A DNA stretch of 64,000 nucleotides from the human T2T-CHM13v2.0 reference genome, Homo sapiens. Within the stretch, counting starts at the first letter, position 1; each line of letters starts with the position of its first letter. The stretch lies in assembly GCF_009914755.1 (NCBI RefSeq), contig NC_060928.1; one strand, 5' to 3'. Made by a program: the position numbers and the translations under genes. Positions 13,445 to 25,360 of the stretch are shown here, piece after piece. The notes beneath the pieces are model-generated. The model ran no database searches, was not told the DNA's origin, and saw nothing but the letters and a program-made list of their open reading frames with translations.

Positions 13445-13600
13445 GGGGTCTTGGGAGTCATAAGTTCTGCATTCAGATCTAAACTCTATCACTTGATGAG
13501 TATTTTAGTTCTGGCAAGTCACCTGATCTCTCCCTTTCCCTTTCTGCTAAATGAATGGTTAGCGTGAAATAATCTCCATGGCTTCTTCAAGCACTCACAG
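13445..13600 (+). mobile_element. MIR relic
   Basis: GGAGTCATAAGTTCTGCATTCAGATCT ... CTGGCAAGTCACCTGATCTCTC. Confidence 0.5.
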
Positions 13601-16585
13601 TTTTATTCTAGCTCACAAACAGCCCAAATGTTCAAAAAAATTCTGGAATTAACAGTACCATGAGTAATAGGATTCTTAAGTGAACAAAATGAGTCATTTT
13701 GGGATATTTACACTAAACAGTTAATGATCATTTTATTTCTCTCAAAATGCATATTTATTTTTAGTTTAGGCATTGAGGTATAGATTTAAGTGTTGTTGGC
13801 ATGAAGGTTCTGGTCATTTTTATAAAAGAATGATACTCTTGGGGGATTAGAAATTCTAAGATGCAAAAAAGCCTGGGAAATGTAAATTATATTTTAGAGA
13901 ACCAACTGATTTTGCAATTGTCAAATGCATTTATATTCACATTCACAATAGATTTCATTAGAGATTCTTAGCATATTGTTACCATTTGATTAAAACCTTT
14001 ATAATGTTTGAAGACATCTCTCTTACAGGAAGAAATGCAATAGAAGCAGTTATAGAAATCAAATAATATATGTGATATTTTAAAATTATAAAGTGCTATT
14101 TAAATATAAAGTCATATTAAAATTATGTATGATATAGTTACTGAAAGCATGTAAATTATTTCTAGATATTTTAAAAAGCCAGAGTGACATCATACTCTTA
14201 TTTTTGTTCTTGTGATACTTTTCAGTAGTCTCAATTTAGAATTCCATGCTTCACAGCTTCTGATTTTACTAACATGTTCAACTGGGTTAAAAAATTGCAA
14301 AGCTAAATAATTTTTGTGGTGGAAGGCTTCATGGATTTTCTAGTCCACTTCTTGCTGAAGTATTAGCCCTCTATGTAGGATAATGAAATCCCTGAGCTAG
14401 CAAGAGTATAATGGGGTAGAAGTAGAGATTGCACTTGTACTGTAAGAATGATGGAATGGGAATTTGGAAGAGTTACCCTAGAAAGAAAAAGGGATAGCAC
14501 TGTCAATGGCAGAGACCAAGTCAGCTAAAGAAAAGGCCCTCTTCAGCAGTGTTATGACTGAGAGTGGTTGAGTCAATGTGATAACCTGCAATCCATAGAT
14601 TTATTAGCTTGCACCGTAAGGCATGTAGGCTGCCTATAGCAACATTCTATTCTCTCCAGGTCAATCTGTAAAGGAGCTCATAATGTTTCTCAGTTAATCT
14701 CTGGTACCTTTTTTTGTGAAGATCCAAGTCTTGAGAATGCCAAGAAAAATGAGCATTCTGGTATTGAGTAGGTTTGAGATCATTCTATTGTGATGAGAGA
14801 AAATATAATAAGGGTACAACTAATTGTTGCTTATGATGAGTACGTTAATATAAATGTTCAGTAAATCAGTGAATCTACCAGTCTAATAAATATTGAGTCT
14901 TAAAAAAAATGCATACCTTATAAGGGAAAAGTAAGACAAGTAAAATATAATAAAGAATTAGAATAAAGAATACATTTTATAGATGAGGTAATTTATTTCA
15001 AAAATTGCTTTGAATCCTGCTCCCAATTACTTGTATGGGAGCAGGACCATTTTCCTCTCTCTCAATAATCAAACTACTTGTTCTTAGCTTTTCTAGGTCA
15101 TCATTCTAGGCTTTGTTGAAGCATGCATTTTTGGCATGAGGGTGGCAGCCTTTGCACTATGTGCATGGCTGAGGAGTTAGGATCTGGAGGGTGATGAAAG
15201 GTAAGTTGTACTTGGTAAATTGCATTATTTTTTCTGCAATTCTGGTGGTATGATTATTTGCCCCACATCAGTCTGCTCCATATGTGAAAAGGCTAAAATT
15301 AGATTAAATTAGGCAATAGAAAAATCAGTGTTAGAATACAGATTCCCGAGAGTTACACTCAATTGCTTGGTTCACTGAGCCATGTTGCTTTTGAGGTAGT
15401 TCTGAATCTGTCCTAGTGTCTTAGAGGTATTTCAAACAGCTGTCAACCAAGCCTATAAAGGTGAGTTATGTGGACATAACCTTCCAGTCTCTAAACTTTC
15501 ATTTTTTATACAGATAATTTTAACAATGTAATAAAAATCTACTAAATATATACTTAGCAGTAGCTTATAAAATAAATCTCATGACAAAGAAAGAAAACAT
15601 TGGATAAGATATTCTATGTACATAACTTGAAGGTTTGTAGTCTGATTTTTCAATAGGATCACCGTCGGATTTTCTTCAGCCTATGCAGACTTTTTGTGTG
15701 TCTGCATTTGGAGTCAGTGATTATCTTTATGTTGATGTAAGAGGTTTTTATTAGCAAAGTTATTAATAGAATGCTTACTTTTCTATTACCCTAAGTCTGT
15801 GCTTGATATTCAAATCCTTTCCAAATAAACAAATTTCATAATAGAAATGACTCTCACCCCTGTTTTCAGTAACATACAACCTTGACAATTTGTAGAGGAC
15901 TAAATGCTATTTAGCGGCACATTATTTTCTGTTAGTCAATGCCATTGACTTTAGAAAATATCTGAAAACAGAGATCTTAGTTCTTTGCAGCTTTTTTCCA
16001 ATTTTCCCACAAAGTTCTCCTTCTTTATTTCATTAAAACCAATTAGGCATATTGCACTGGCAGAGATTAATACTGCTAAATGTCAATGATGTGTCTGCTT
16101 TGAAAAAACTATTGAGCTGAAGAGTAAATAGCAATACAATAAAAATGTCCTGACATCTTGCTTGCAGGAAAGCAGAGAGCTGTAAGATGGCAGGAAGAGT
16201 AAAGGAGATAATAATGGTTGATCACTAAATTGATTTCAGTAGCTTATGTTCCCAGAAAATCAACTGAATATACATGCAGAAAACAAAGCAAACCAAAAAG
16301 AAAAGATGGAAGGTCATGATTGGTGGGTACAATCTTTGATAAGTGGATGCTCTTGGCAGTGTTCTCAAGAATGTGTTGAAAATGAAATAGTGACCTTTCT
16401 TCTCTATGACTCAAAATGTCATTAATTAGCAACATCCTTGAAAAGCCTGGTTGTCCTCTAGGCATATGGACTGTGTTGTTCTTCGTTAAAATCTAGTTTC
16501 TATAAGAAATCCCTCACCATGAAGCAAAACATCAGACATAACAAAAATACTTTTCCTAGTTGGAAACCGAGGGCACTGACTAGAT

Positions 16586-17060
16586 CAGGGATCAGCAAAC
16601 TATGACCAGTGGACCAAATCTGGCCTACCGCCTGTTTCTTTAAGGTACTTGTGCTAAAAATAATTTTATTTTTATATGTTCTTTTAATTTTTGTATTTTT
16701 TTAAAAGAATTATATCCCAGGGCCTCTGGGGTCTTTGTCCCCACCACCAGCATCATCAGCCATTTGGTGTTTTCTTGGAGAAGAAGCTATTTTCACATTT
16801 TTAAATGGCTAAAAAAATCAAAAGTAGAATAATATTCTGTGATGTGTGAAAATTACATGAAGCTCAAAATATCCATGTCCCTAAGTAAATGTATACACTG
16901 TGTGGAAACACAGCCATGACCATTCATTTCTGCATTTTCCGCAGTGGCCTTTACACTCCAACAGCAGAGTTGTGTAATTGCTGCAGATACCACATGGATG
17001 GACCTCAAAGCCCGAAGTAGTTCCTACCTGGCCCTTTACAGATAGAGTTTGTCGACCCGA
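16586..17060 (+). mobile_element. MER58B-like hAT-Charlie DNA transposon, interrupted at ~16681-16787
   Basis: Terminal CAGGGATCAGCAAAC ... GTTTGTCGACCCG inverted repeats; internal ACATTTTTAAATGG, GAAAATTACATGAA, CTGGCCCTTTACAG. Confidence 0.85.
16714..16787 (-). pseudogene. RPS2: RPS2 processed-pseudogene fragment (5'UTR plus first ~17 codons only)
   Basis: Minus strand reads GCTTCTTCTCCAAGAAAACACCAA-ATG GCT GAT GAT GCT GGT ... GGC CCT GGG AT = MADDAG...GPG. This matches the recalled RPS2 5' end (CTTCTTTTCCGACAAAACACCAAATGGCGGATGACGCCGGT) with CpG decay; an A-rich tail follows. Confidence 0.8.
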
Positions 17061-17243
17061 AGGATAGACAATTCTCTTAGAATAAGTCTGAAGCTTGAAC
17101 TTTAATGTTGAATCAGTATTTTTTTTCTATCTTCACCAATAATCAAATATAAGGAAAGGAAGAAAAGCTGGAAAGGGGACAAAAGGAAAGAAAAGTACAA
17201 AAGTTGAGATTTATTTAAGAATTAAAAATTACTCTGTATGTTA

Positions 17244-17274
17244 GTATTAGTCAGGGTTTTTCAGAGAAACAAAG

Positions 17275-17314
<40 letters not shown>

Positions 17315-17699
17315 GTCTATCATCTGTCTATCTATCTGTCTATCTATCTATTACGAGGTTTATTTCAAGGAATTGTGATTTTGGGGAGCTGGTGATATGA
17401 CATTTGCAGGACAGGCACCTAGAAATTCCAGTAAGAGTTGATGTTCCAACCTGAAGTCTGAAGACAGACTAGAGGAGAATCGTTTCCTCTTCAGGAGACC
17501 TCAGCCTTTCTTTTGAGGCCCTCAACTGATTGGATAAGGCCCACTCACAATATGGAAGGTGATCTGTTTTATTCAAAGTCCATTAATGAAAATGTTAATC
17601 ACATTTAAAAATTACTTTCACAGCAACATCCAGACTAGTGTGGGACCAAATAACTGGGCACTGTGGACTAGCAGTGGTGACATAAAAGTAACTATCACA
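17244..17699 (-). mobile_element. MLT2 (C/D-like) ERVL solo LTR
   Basis: GTATTAGTCAGGGTTTTTCAGAGAAAC ... CTCAACTGATTGGATAAGGCCCAC ... GTGACATAAAAGTAACTATCACA. Confidence 0.85.
17276..17350. repeat. (TATC)n tetranucleotide STR inside the MLT2 LTR
   Basis: 9 perfect TATC units at 17276-17311, then interrupted units. Confidence 0.95.
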
Positions 17700-18055
17700 T
17701 TCTGAAATGACATAAATGATATCAGGAAGGGTATTTATCAGGAACACTGGTAAATAAAATTTCTATTCAAGCACAGGCAAATTGAATTCCTCTGCCTCAT
17801 TTTCAAGTTGGGAAAATGGAGGCATAACATTTATTATGTTTGAGGAAGAAGGAATATTTGGAAATGAATTTTAACTCACAATTCTATCTTGATGGATCAA
17901 TGCACAATTTCATAAACACAGGGCACAAATAAGAGCTTGAAAAAGTTTTCTCCTTCATTTTTCAGGACTACATAGACATTATTCAGGATTATCATTTTTC
18001 ATGTCCTTTGTTATCCCAAACATATACAATGGTAATAGATATGAAAGTTATTTTC

Positions 18056-18455
18056 GTATGTTGATTTGTTGGGGCTTGCATGACATTGTACCACAGACTG
18101 GATGGCATTAATAACAAAAAATTATTTTCCCCAATTCTGAAGACCATAAGTCTAAGACCAAGGTGTCCACAGAGTAGGTTTCTTTTGAGAACTCTCTTCT
18201 TGCCTTGCAATGGCTGTCTTCTCATTGTGCTCTCACATAGTTGCTCCTCTCGAGGTTTGTGTGTTATTTGCATCCTAATTGCCTCTGTTTATAAGGACAC
18301 CAATCATATTAGATTAGGGCCCACCCATATAACTTTATTTTATCTTAATTACTTTTACAAAAGCCTTATTTCCAAATGCAGTCATATTCTGAGGTACTGG
18401 GGGTCAGAACTTCAACATATAAGTTGGAAGATAGAGATGCAATTTAGCCCATAAT
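18056..18455 (-). mobile_element. MLT1A/MLT1B-like MaLR solo LTR
   Basis: GTACCACAGACTGGATGGC ... TATAAGGACACCAATCATATTAGATTAGGGCCCACCC ... CAGTCATATTCTGAGGTACTGGGGGT. Confidence 0.85.
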
Positions 18456-18564
18456 ACCTGGAAAATATCCAATGAATGAATATTTTCTGTCCACTAATGG
18501 AAAATCAGTAGCTTTGATCTATTTTTCAAGCTTAAACATTTTCTACTAATAAAACACCATATTA

Positions 18565-18960
18565 AAATATTACATATGTACAGAAAAACCAAAAATAATA
18601 AGTGTACAGCTCAATGCATTATCAAAAACAAACATGCTCTTGACAAGAAATAGATTATTACCTGAACTCCAGAATCTCCTATCATATCCCCTCCAAATTG
18701 CTACACTCATCTCTTCCCAAAGTTAACCACTATCTTGCCCTGTTTATTTTTGAATTTTAGATGAATGTAATATTTTATGTCTGGATTCATTGGCTCAACA
18801 GTATGTTTATAAGATTCATCCTTCTTGTATGTGTGGCAGTAGTTTATTTTTATTACGGTAGAATATTTGTTATGTGATTATATCACAATGTATTCACTTT
18901 GTTTCCAGTTATTGGTTATTATGAATCACATTGCTAAGAATATTTATCTAAATCTCTTAA
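18565..18960 (-). mobile_element. old L1M (L1MC/ME-like) 3' fragment
   Basis: AAGTGTACAGCTCAATG, GGCTCAACAGTATGTTTATAAGATTCATCC, TTGTTTCCAGTT typical of antisense L1M 3' ends. Confidence 0.6.
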
Positions 18961-19061
18961 AACACTTTATGTTGTGAGTCACTATGTCAAAATTACTTTT
19001 TGTTAAAGAAAGGAATAAGAAGTACCTTTTCTCACAAAGTTTATATTTGAAAATACTGTTA

Positions 19062-19141
19062 TTATGTTGGTGCAAAACCAATTGCTGTCTTTGCTATTAA
19101 AAGTAACGGCAAAAACCGCAATTACTTTTGTACCAACCTGT
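19062..19141. mobile_element. MADE1 (Hsmar1-derived MITE), 80-bp palindrome
   Basis: TTATGTTGGTGCAAAACCAATTGCTGTCTTTGCTATTA-AAAG-TAACGGCAAAAACCGCAATTACTTTTGTACCAACCTG. Confidence 0.92.
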
Positions 19142-19276
19142 TCACAAGTTTTTTTTGTTTTTTACTTGCTTGTTTTGATACATGTATGTCAGGCATTGTG
19201 CTAAGAGCAATTGTAGATACATTGATGAGCACCTTCTAAACTTCTTTGAAGGATTTTGAAGTACAGTGGAGTGGGG

Positions 19277-19459
19277 CAGTGGTTTGCAAAGTATGGTCTA
19301 TAGACAAGAAACTCCCTGTCAGCATAAATTGGGAATTTATTATGAAAAGAAATTCTCATATTATTAAATCATGAACTCCAGGAATGGAACCTGGAAATCT
19401 GTGATTTAGCAAGTGCTCCAGGTGATTCTGATACATACTGAAGTTTCAGAACCATTCTG
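19277..19459. mobile_element. MER5A-like hAT-Charlie element
   Basis: CAGTGGTTTGCAAAGTATGGTC ... CTCCAGGTGATTCTGATACATACTGAAGTTTCAGAACCATT. Confidence 0.8.
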
Positions 19460-19895
19460 ACGAAAGAAAGTGAGAAGACAGAAAATGAAAACACAATGCA
19501 CACTTTCTTTTATAGAAGCCAAGGGAGTCAGTGGTAGGGCCACTTAAATCAGCGTCAGTTTTTAATAAAGACAGAAGCCTTTTTTAGATGACCTTAACAT
19601 TTTTTATCATTAGTAGGAACAACATTTACCTGCTGGCTTTTAATTTCCTTCAAGCTTGTCTCAAAATCTGTCACCATCTGTTAGATAAAGGTCACCTATA
19701 TTGCAGCATTACGTTATCCAGCTAGGCAGTAAGGGAGCAGCCCAAATTCAACACTTTTATAGTGGTATTCCTGTTAACACTGAGACTTGTCAAACTCCAA
19801 ACCCTCTTAGCTGGATCTATTATATATGCCAGGTCTTGTCTTACCTATTTAGAAGTGAAAAAAATAGTCAGACTCCTTCTCAACAAAACATTATA

Positions 19896-20127
19896 GCATG
19901 ATGAGAAATAGTACAGGCTCTGAGGAAGAGATTCACGTTCTGTTTGCTTCTTAACTATGTGGCTTTAAACAGATTCCTTAACCCCACTCTATCTTAGTTG
20001 TTTCCTCTGTAAAATGGGGATGATAACAATATCTAACTTGTAGGGTTGGAATAAGGATCCAAGGAAGTAATACTCAGAAAACGCTTAGACCTATGATTAG
20101 TATATTAAAATGACTCAATAAATGCTG
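19896..20127 (+). mobile_element. MIR
   Basis: Core TTTCCTCTGTAAAATGGGGATGATAACAATATCTAACTTGTAGGGTTG and end ACTCAATAAATGCT. Confidence 0.8.
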
Positions 20128-21349
20128 AATTTTTCTTAGTGGAATTCGCAGTCCTATTTCTTTTTTATTAATATTATTACATTAAAGCAACTTTCCAGCG
20201 TAACAATTTACTTTAAACAAGTGGGTTGCTTTTTTGATTATGAGTAACTTTGACAGATGAACTGTTGTATATTATATGTACTATTTTACAATATGAAATA
20301 CATTGCATTCATACAGATTGTTATACCATGTATAATATAAAGTTCCACACCCAAAGTGTAGATAGATGTCCCTGTTTTTAAGTATTGTGAACCTGTGATC
20401 TTCTTTGGAAATGTTCACTTCCCTACAAATAATTATACATTTTGTTGAAAGAAGTTTAGTGTCAATACATATATACATCTAAATCTATACATTTAAAGGC
20501 TTTTTTCTAGGATCTCTAGGTTAAGTTTCTTGCAAATGCTGAGAAGGGAGTAGAAATAATTTTCTACTGGGTTGTCTGGAATTTTGAAGTTATGATTGTT
20601 TTTTCCATTTGTAAGCTCTCCAAACCTTTTTGAGAACTAAGTCAGCTCCAGGAGCTTAGTCTCCTACCTGTCAAGATGTAATTATTTCAACTTCTTTATA
20701 TCCTTTTAAAAACAGAGTAGACTACTCTCCACTCTCTTCTCTGGGGATCCATTCCTTTGATGATTGGCTATAGAGTGGGAGGGCACAAATTTCCCAAAGC
20801 AAAAACTCTTTACTTACTACCTTGTAAAATAATTGCATAGACATTTTTTACTTAAATAATATTTACTTTTTTTGTACTATGGGGGAGTCCAAATCAGAAA
20901 CATAAGCTAGACAAAAGGAGAAACAGTTATTGACCTCAGGTGTATAGTTATTACATCCCTTGTGCAATAAATAGTAGTATTATTGGTTTTAATATATGAG
21001 GTTTCACTCATTTAGGAGTCACTCAGATGCTCATGACATATAGTAATTTTTACATCTTGAGACAAAAATTTTTTGCTGGAAGTTTGCAAGTCTTATAAAC
21101 AGAAAACCCAACTAAGATAAGCTGTGACTTCTCCAATTCCAAATCTTCTTTCCGGAATCTTTGATATATGCCAGTTTTTGTCTTTTCGCCTATCTAGACA
21201 TGAAAAAAATCACGAAACATGCCTTAGAAAAGCATTATTGCATGGTAGATGATAGCACAGCTTCTGAAGACATTACCTGCACTCACGTACTAGCTTTTTG
21301 CTTCCTTTAAAAACATTTGTATATCGATTTATGTAAATCATTTCAGCCA

Positions 21350-21725
21350 TTTATCTTGTTGCCTTCCTCAAGATGGTTCCATGCTTGGGCTGCATAAAGC
21401 AACTCTAGACATTTCTGGTGTGGTTTATAGCAGTTCTTACAGTCACATACTCATCAAAAGCCAGAGAAAAGGTCTTACATTCCCAGCTAAACCTAAGAGA
21501 TTGTTAACATCTCTCAGAATTGGGTCGTATCCTCAATGCTGAATCCAAATGTATGTGGTCAAAAGGTTTGATATGCAGATTGATGTACACAATCATAGCC
21601 CTTACTTGGAAATTGGAGTTGAGGTAAATCATTCAAAACACACACTGGGGGGGGGGAAACTAAGAAAAATTTGAGGTCCTAGTATATGGAAGAAAAAGAT
21701 TTGCTGCAGAGCGGCAAATAGAAGT
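21350..21725 (-). mobile_element. old MLT1 (J/K-like) LTR fragment
   Basis: CAAGATGGTTCC, GAATTGGGTCGTATCC and GGAAATTGGAGTTGAGGT resemble antisense MLT1K/J; highly diverged. Confidence 0.45.
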
Positions 21726-23175
21726 TCCCATCAAGATCAAAGAGCCTTTCAGATTGTGAATGTGCCCAGTGGACAGCCAGTATCCACACTCAACCCAGCT
21801 CTACATCCTCTGCTTCTCTCCAAGTATGCACCACTTCTTGCTAAGTGAAAAAAACCTTTTCCTGGTAGAATATGATCCTGAAACAAGAGATAAATACCTG
21901 TGCTAGGTAGGATGTAAAGAGAAAGCAACAAGGACCAGGAAAGTAAAGGAGTTAACACATTTAGGGAGAAAGGTTTCAGAATTTTCTGTTATGAAGATCA
22001 AGGGTTGACTCCATTACCTTCTTTTCTTTCTGTAGGTGGTAGATTCGACTTTCCAAGTAGCTCAAGCCTACTTTTCCCCTAGAGGGCATCTGTCTTTTCA
22101 AAAATATTTGAACAGGGTCAGTTCTTCGGTAGAACTTTGTCCAAACAGAATGCTTATACCAATCATTTAATTCAGTGCTTGCTGATTTTATTTTATTTTA
22201 TTTTTAGGTGACATTAAAAAAGGTCTCAAATGTGTTTAGCTCTATCTAACCCCTAGGTTAGGTGCTATCCAACCTTTGTACAACAGCTTTTTAATTTACT
22301 ACTTGATAATCCATCTCTCCAAATCACCCTTCAGAATGCTACCAAAATAATCATTACAAAAATCTCAAAAGTGTCCAATAAAATAAAATGTTTTTTATAT
22401 GGTAAGCAAGATCTCTTTATCCTATTCCTCCAGGTTCCTTTTTAATGTATCTTGCATCATAAGTTTTATCAACACTTAGTTACTATAATCTCAACCTGAC
22501 TTGCACTTTCATGCCTCCACAAATATAATAATGTAATTTCCCTAGTTTGAAATGTTCCTTTTCTTCTGTCACTTCCTTCTGTCCATAACTAGTGAACTAA
22601 TGATCAACTACTTGAGATGATTTTTTTGAATCCCCTAGTCAGAACTCAACTTTCGGGGAGTTCACTTTGTACTTCTGTTATAGATAGATGTCTGGTGTTA
22701 CAGATGGCATTAAAGTAGTGCTACAGTCAGCCTCTCTACTCCCCATCTGACTGTAAACTAGATAACTGAAGAGTGGGGTGATTGGAAGCACAGGTTTGGG
22801 AATCACAATTACGTTCACACTGTAACTTTTCCACAGTTGTATTACATAAGGTAAGTTAACGTAAACCTTCAGTTTTCCCATCAGTTCAGTGCCATAGTAC
22901 AAGGACTTCTGGGCTGGCTTATGTGATTTTCAATCACCATCTTTTACATCTTCCCTACTATATCTAAAGAACAAGAATTTAGCACCATGCAAACACTATA
23001 AGCCAATTTTTCCTTTGGAGGAGGAGACACAGTGGCCAAAAGAAGAGAAAGAGTTAATCTTCTAAATGAATATTATTAGCAGTGGAGGTGATGTTAAAGA
23101 CTTCTTTATCAGCAGTTGGCTGTGATGCACACCTTGTTGTCTGGTTTGGCTTGTTCTTAAGTGGGGATGTTTGTT

Positions 23176-23297
23176 GGGTGACCATATAATTTATCATTGA
23201 AACCCAGACACATGTGAAAGTGATGCTATTAATAATTACCCTGGTACAAAAGGACTAAACAACAGTGGCACAGACAAACCTTCCCTGCATATCCTAG
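23176..23297. mobile_element. MER94/MER81-type hAT-Blackjack element
   Basis: GGGTGACCATATAATTTATCATTGAAACCCAGACAC ... GCTATTAATAATTACCCTGG ... CAGACAAACC. Confidence 0.6.
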
Positions 23298-23518
23298 GAG
23301 GTTAAGTTGAATTTTTCATCTGAAAATGATGATGAATCCTATAGCAGGCCACTCCCTGATTAGAAACCCAGCCTCTACTAGTACTCCTTCTAATGCTTAT
23401 ATTGTCTCTGGAGCAAGACAGCTTTTCATTGGCTTTCTTCACTCAAGGCTCTCCCATCAGAATGGAGGGATTGAAGGAGGAATAAATTCTCAACAATTGG
23501 TGAATATGAAGTCTAATT

Positions 23519-23596
23519 TCTCTTCACTTGATTTAGAAATACACATTTAGTAATAGATCTCTTTACCTGATTTAGAAATACACATTTAGTAATAGA
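23519..23596. repeat. 39-bp tandem duplication
   Basis: TCTCTTCACTTGATTTAGAAATACACATTTAGTAATAGA / TCTCTTTACCTGATTTAGAAATACACATTTAGTAATAGA, 2 mismatches. Confidence 0.92.
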
Positions 23597-24039
23597 AATG
23601 AAAACTTTTTATTATCCAAGATCGTACTGAGCTGAATAGATATCTCTAGTTTGTTGTCCCTTTTAGTATTTACTATCCCCAAACCTGTCACTATCACTGT
23701 TGTTTTTCTTTTAATGGGGTGTAAAAAAGAATTTATAGGGAAATTCTTTATGTATAGGCTTGTACTTATATTATTTTCCAATATCTAAGGCTAGAGTGTC
23801 CAAAGCAGGATTTAAATATTCCTTAAAAATGGAGATAATAATTCACATTCAAAAGAAAAAAGATTAAGATATATATTTCAATTGACATGCTATTGAAGAT
23901 TAGACCATGTAAATGTGTGGTTGATTAATGATTTTTATTTATTTTTCAGCAAAGGTGCTGCTGGTTACTCTTGGTTCATCTAGCAATAGATGATCTGAAT
24001 GTTAGAGTTCGCCAAATATTGTTCCTGGGCAGTCTTTGC

Positions 24040-25360
24040 TCTACCAAATCAACTTTCTCCATGGGTAATATCCTCCAGTTCCATGGCTTAAATATTATCT
24101 ATAAACTAAAACTCCCAAATGTTCATGTCTAGTCCCCACCTCAAAAAACTAAATACTTTCTTGCTATCTCCACATGGATATACAGTATACATTTTTCTAA
24201 CTTAATATGTTCCAAACTAGCTCTTCTTTACCTGACACCTCACAGCCCTTTGCTTATTATACTGTTCAAATCTCATGTATTAGTCTGTTTTCACATTGCT
24301 GATAAAGACATACCAAAGACTGGACAATTTACAAAATAAAGAAGTTTAATAGACTCATAGTTCCACGTGACTGGGGAGGCCTCAAAATCATGGCAGAAGG
24401 TGAAAGGCATGTCTCACATGGCAGCAGACAAGAGAAGAGAGCTTGTGCAGGGTAACTCTCCTTATAAAACCATCAGATCTCATGGGACTTATTCACTATC
24501 ACGAGAATAGCACAGAGAAAGACCCGCCCCCATGATTCAATTACCTCCCACCAAGTCCCTTCCGCAACACATGGGAATTGTGGGAGCTATAATTCAAGAT
24601 GAGATATGAATGGGGACACAGCCATCCCATTAAAGTTTTCTACCATCCCTCCAGTAGCTTATGCCAAAAACCTAGGAATAAATCTTAGTTTTGCCCCCTT
24701 TCTTTATCTATTTATGCCCTTTAAAAGTATCCATTTACTTACTAAAATAAGCCTAAACTATTCACTTGTCTTCATATGCATCACCATCATATGATCTTAT
24801 TACCCAGAGCACTGTCTTCTAAGCCCTGCCTCCCAACTCATAGAATCTATTCTTCTTAATGATTCTTTATTTTAGAGAAACAGATGATGTTTCACTGCTA
24901 CTTTAAATGCTCCTTGAACTTCATTTCATTTACTACAAGGCTTGAATGATCCTGTCCCTCCTACGTCTCTGACCCCATCTTATGCACTTACTCAATATAC
25001 TCAAGGCACATTGTCTCCCCTTGCTTCCGTTAACATTTTGAGCTCTTCCTGCTTCCTGGCTTTGCTCCCACTATTGCTGTTGGTTAGAATATTTCCTCTT
25101 CTCTTTTTAGGACTTGCTGCTTCTTACCTTTTAAGTCTGAGATCTGGGGTTACCTCATGATGGAAGTCATCCCTGACTACAGTTGTTCTATTATATTTTA
25201 GTATCTGGGGATTTTTGTTATAATCTGTCTACCACCATAAGAATGTGATCCTAAATGGACTACCATGTATCTCTATTCATTAATATGTTCCTAACACATA
25301 GCCCAGTGCCTGGCTCATAGAAGAAGCCAAATACATATTTTAAATACTCAATGAATATCT
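24040..25360 (+). mobile_element. L2 3' region, interrupted by a THE1 LTR
   Basis: CCAGTTCCATGGCTTAAATATTATCTATA..ACTCCCAAAT, GCCAAAAACCTAGGA, terminal CCCAGTGCCTGGCTCATAG..AATGAAT. Confidence 0.65.
24276..24624 (-). mobile_element. THE1B-like MaLR solo LTR
   Basis: TGTATTAGTCTGTTTTCACATTGCTGATAAAGACATACC ... GGGGACACAGCCA; flanks TCTCA/TCCCA are a probable 5-bp TSD. Confidence 0.93.

Noticed and set aside
14916-14925. CArG box CCTTATAAGG
   Set aside because: Single 10-mer expected by chance in 64 kb of AT-rich sequence.
23519-23596. CRISPR-like repeat-spacer-repeat
   Set aside because: Only two units, and the apparent spacer is itself duplicated; eukaryotic context with no cas genes.
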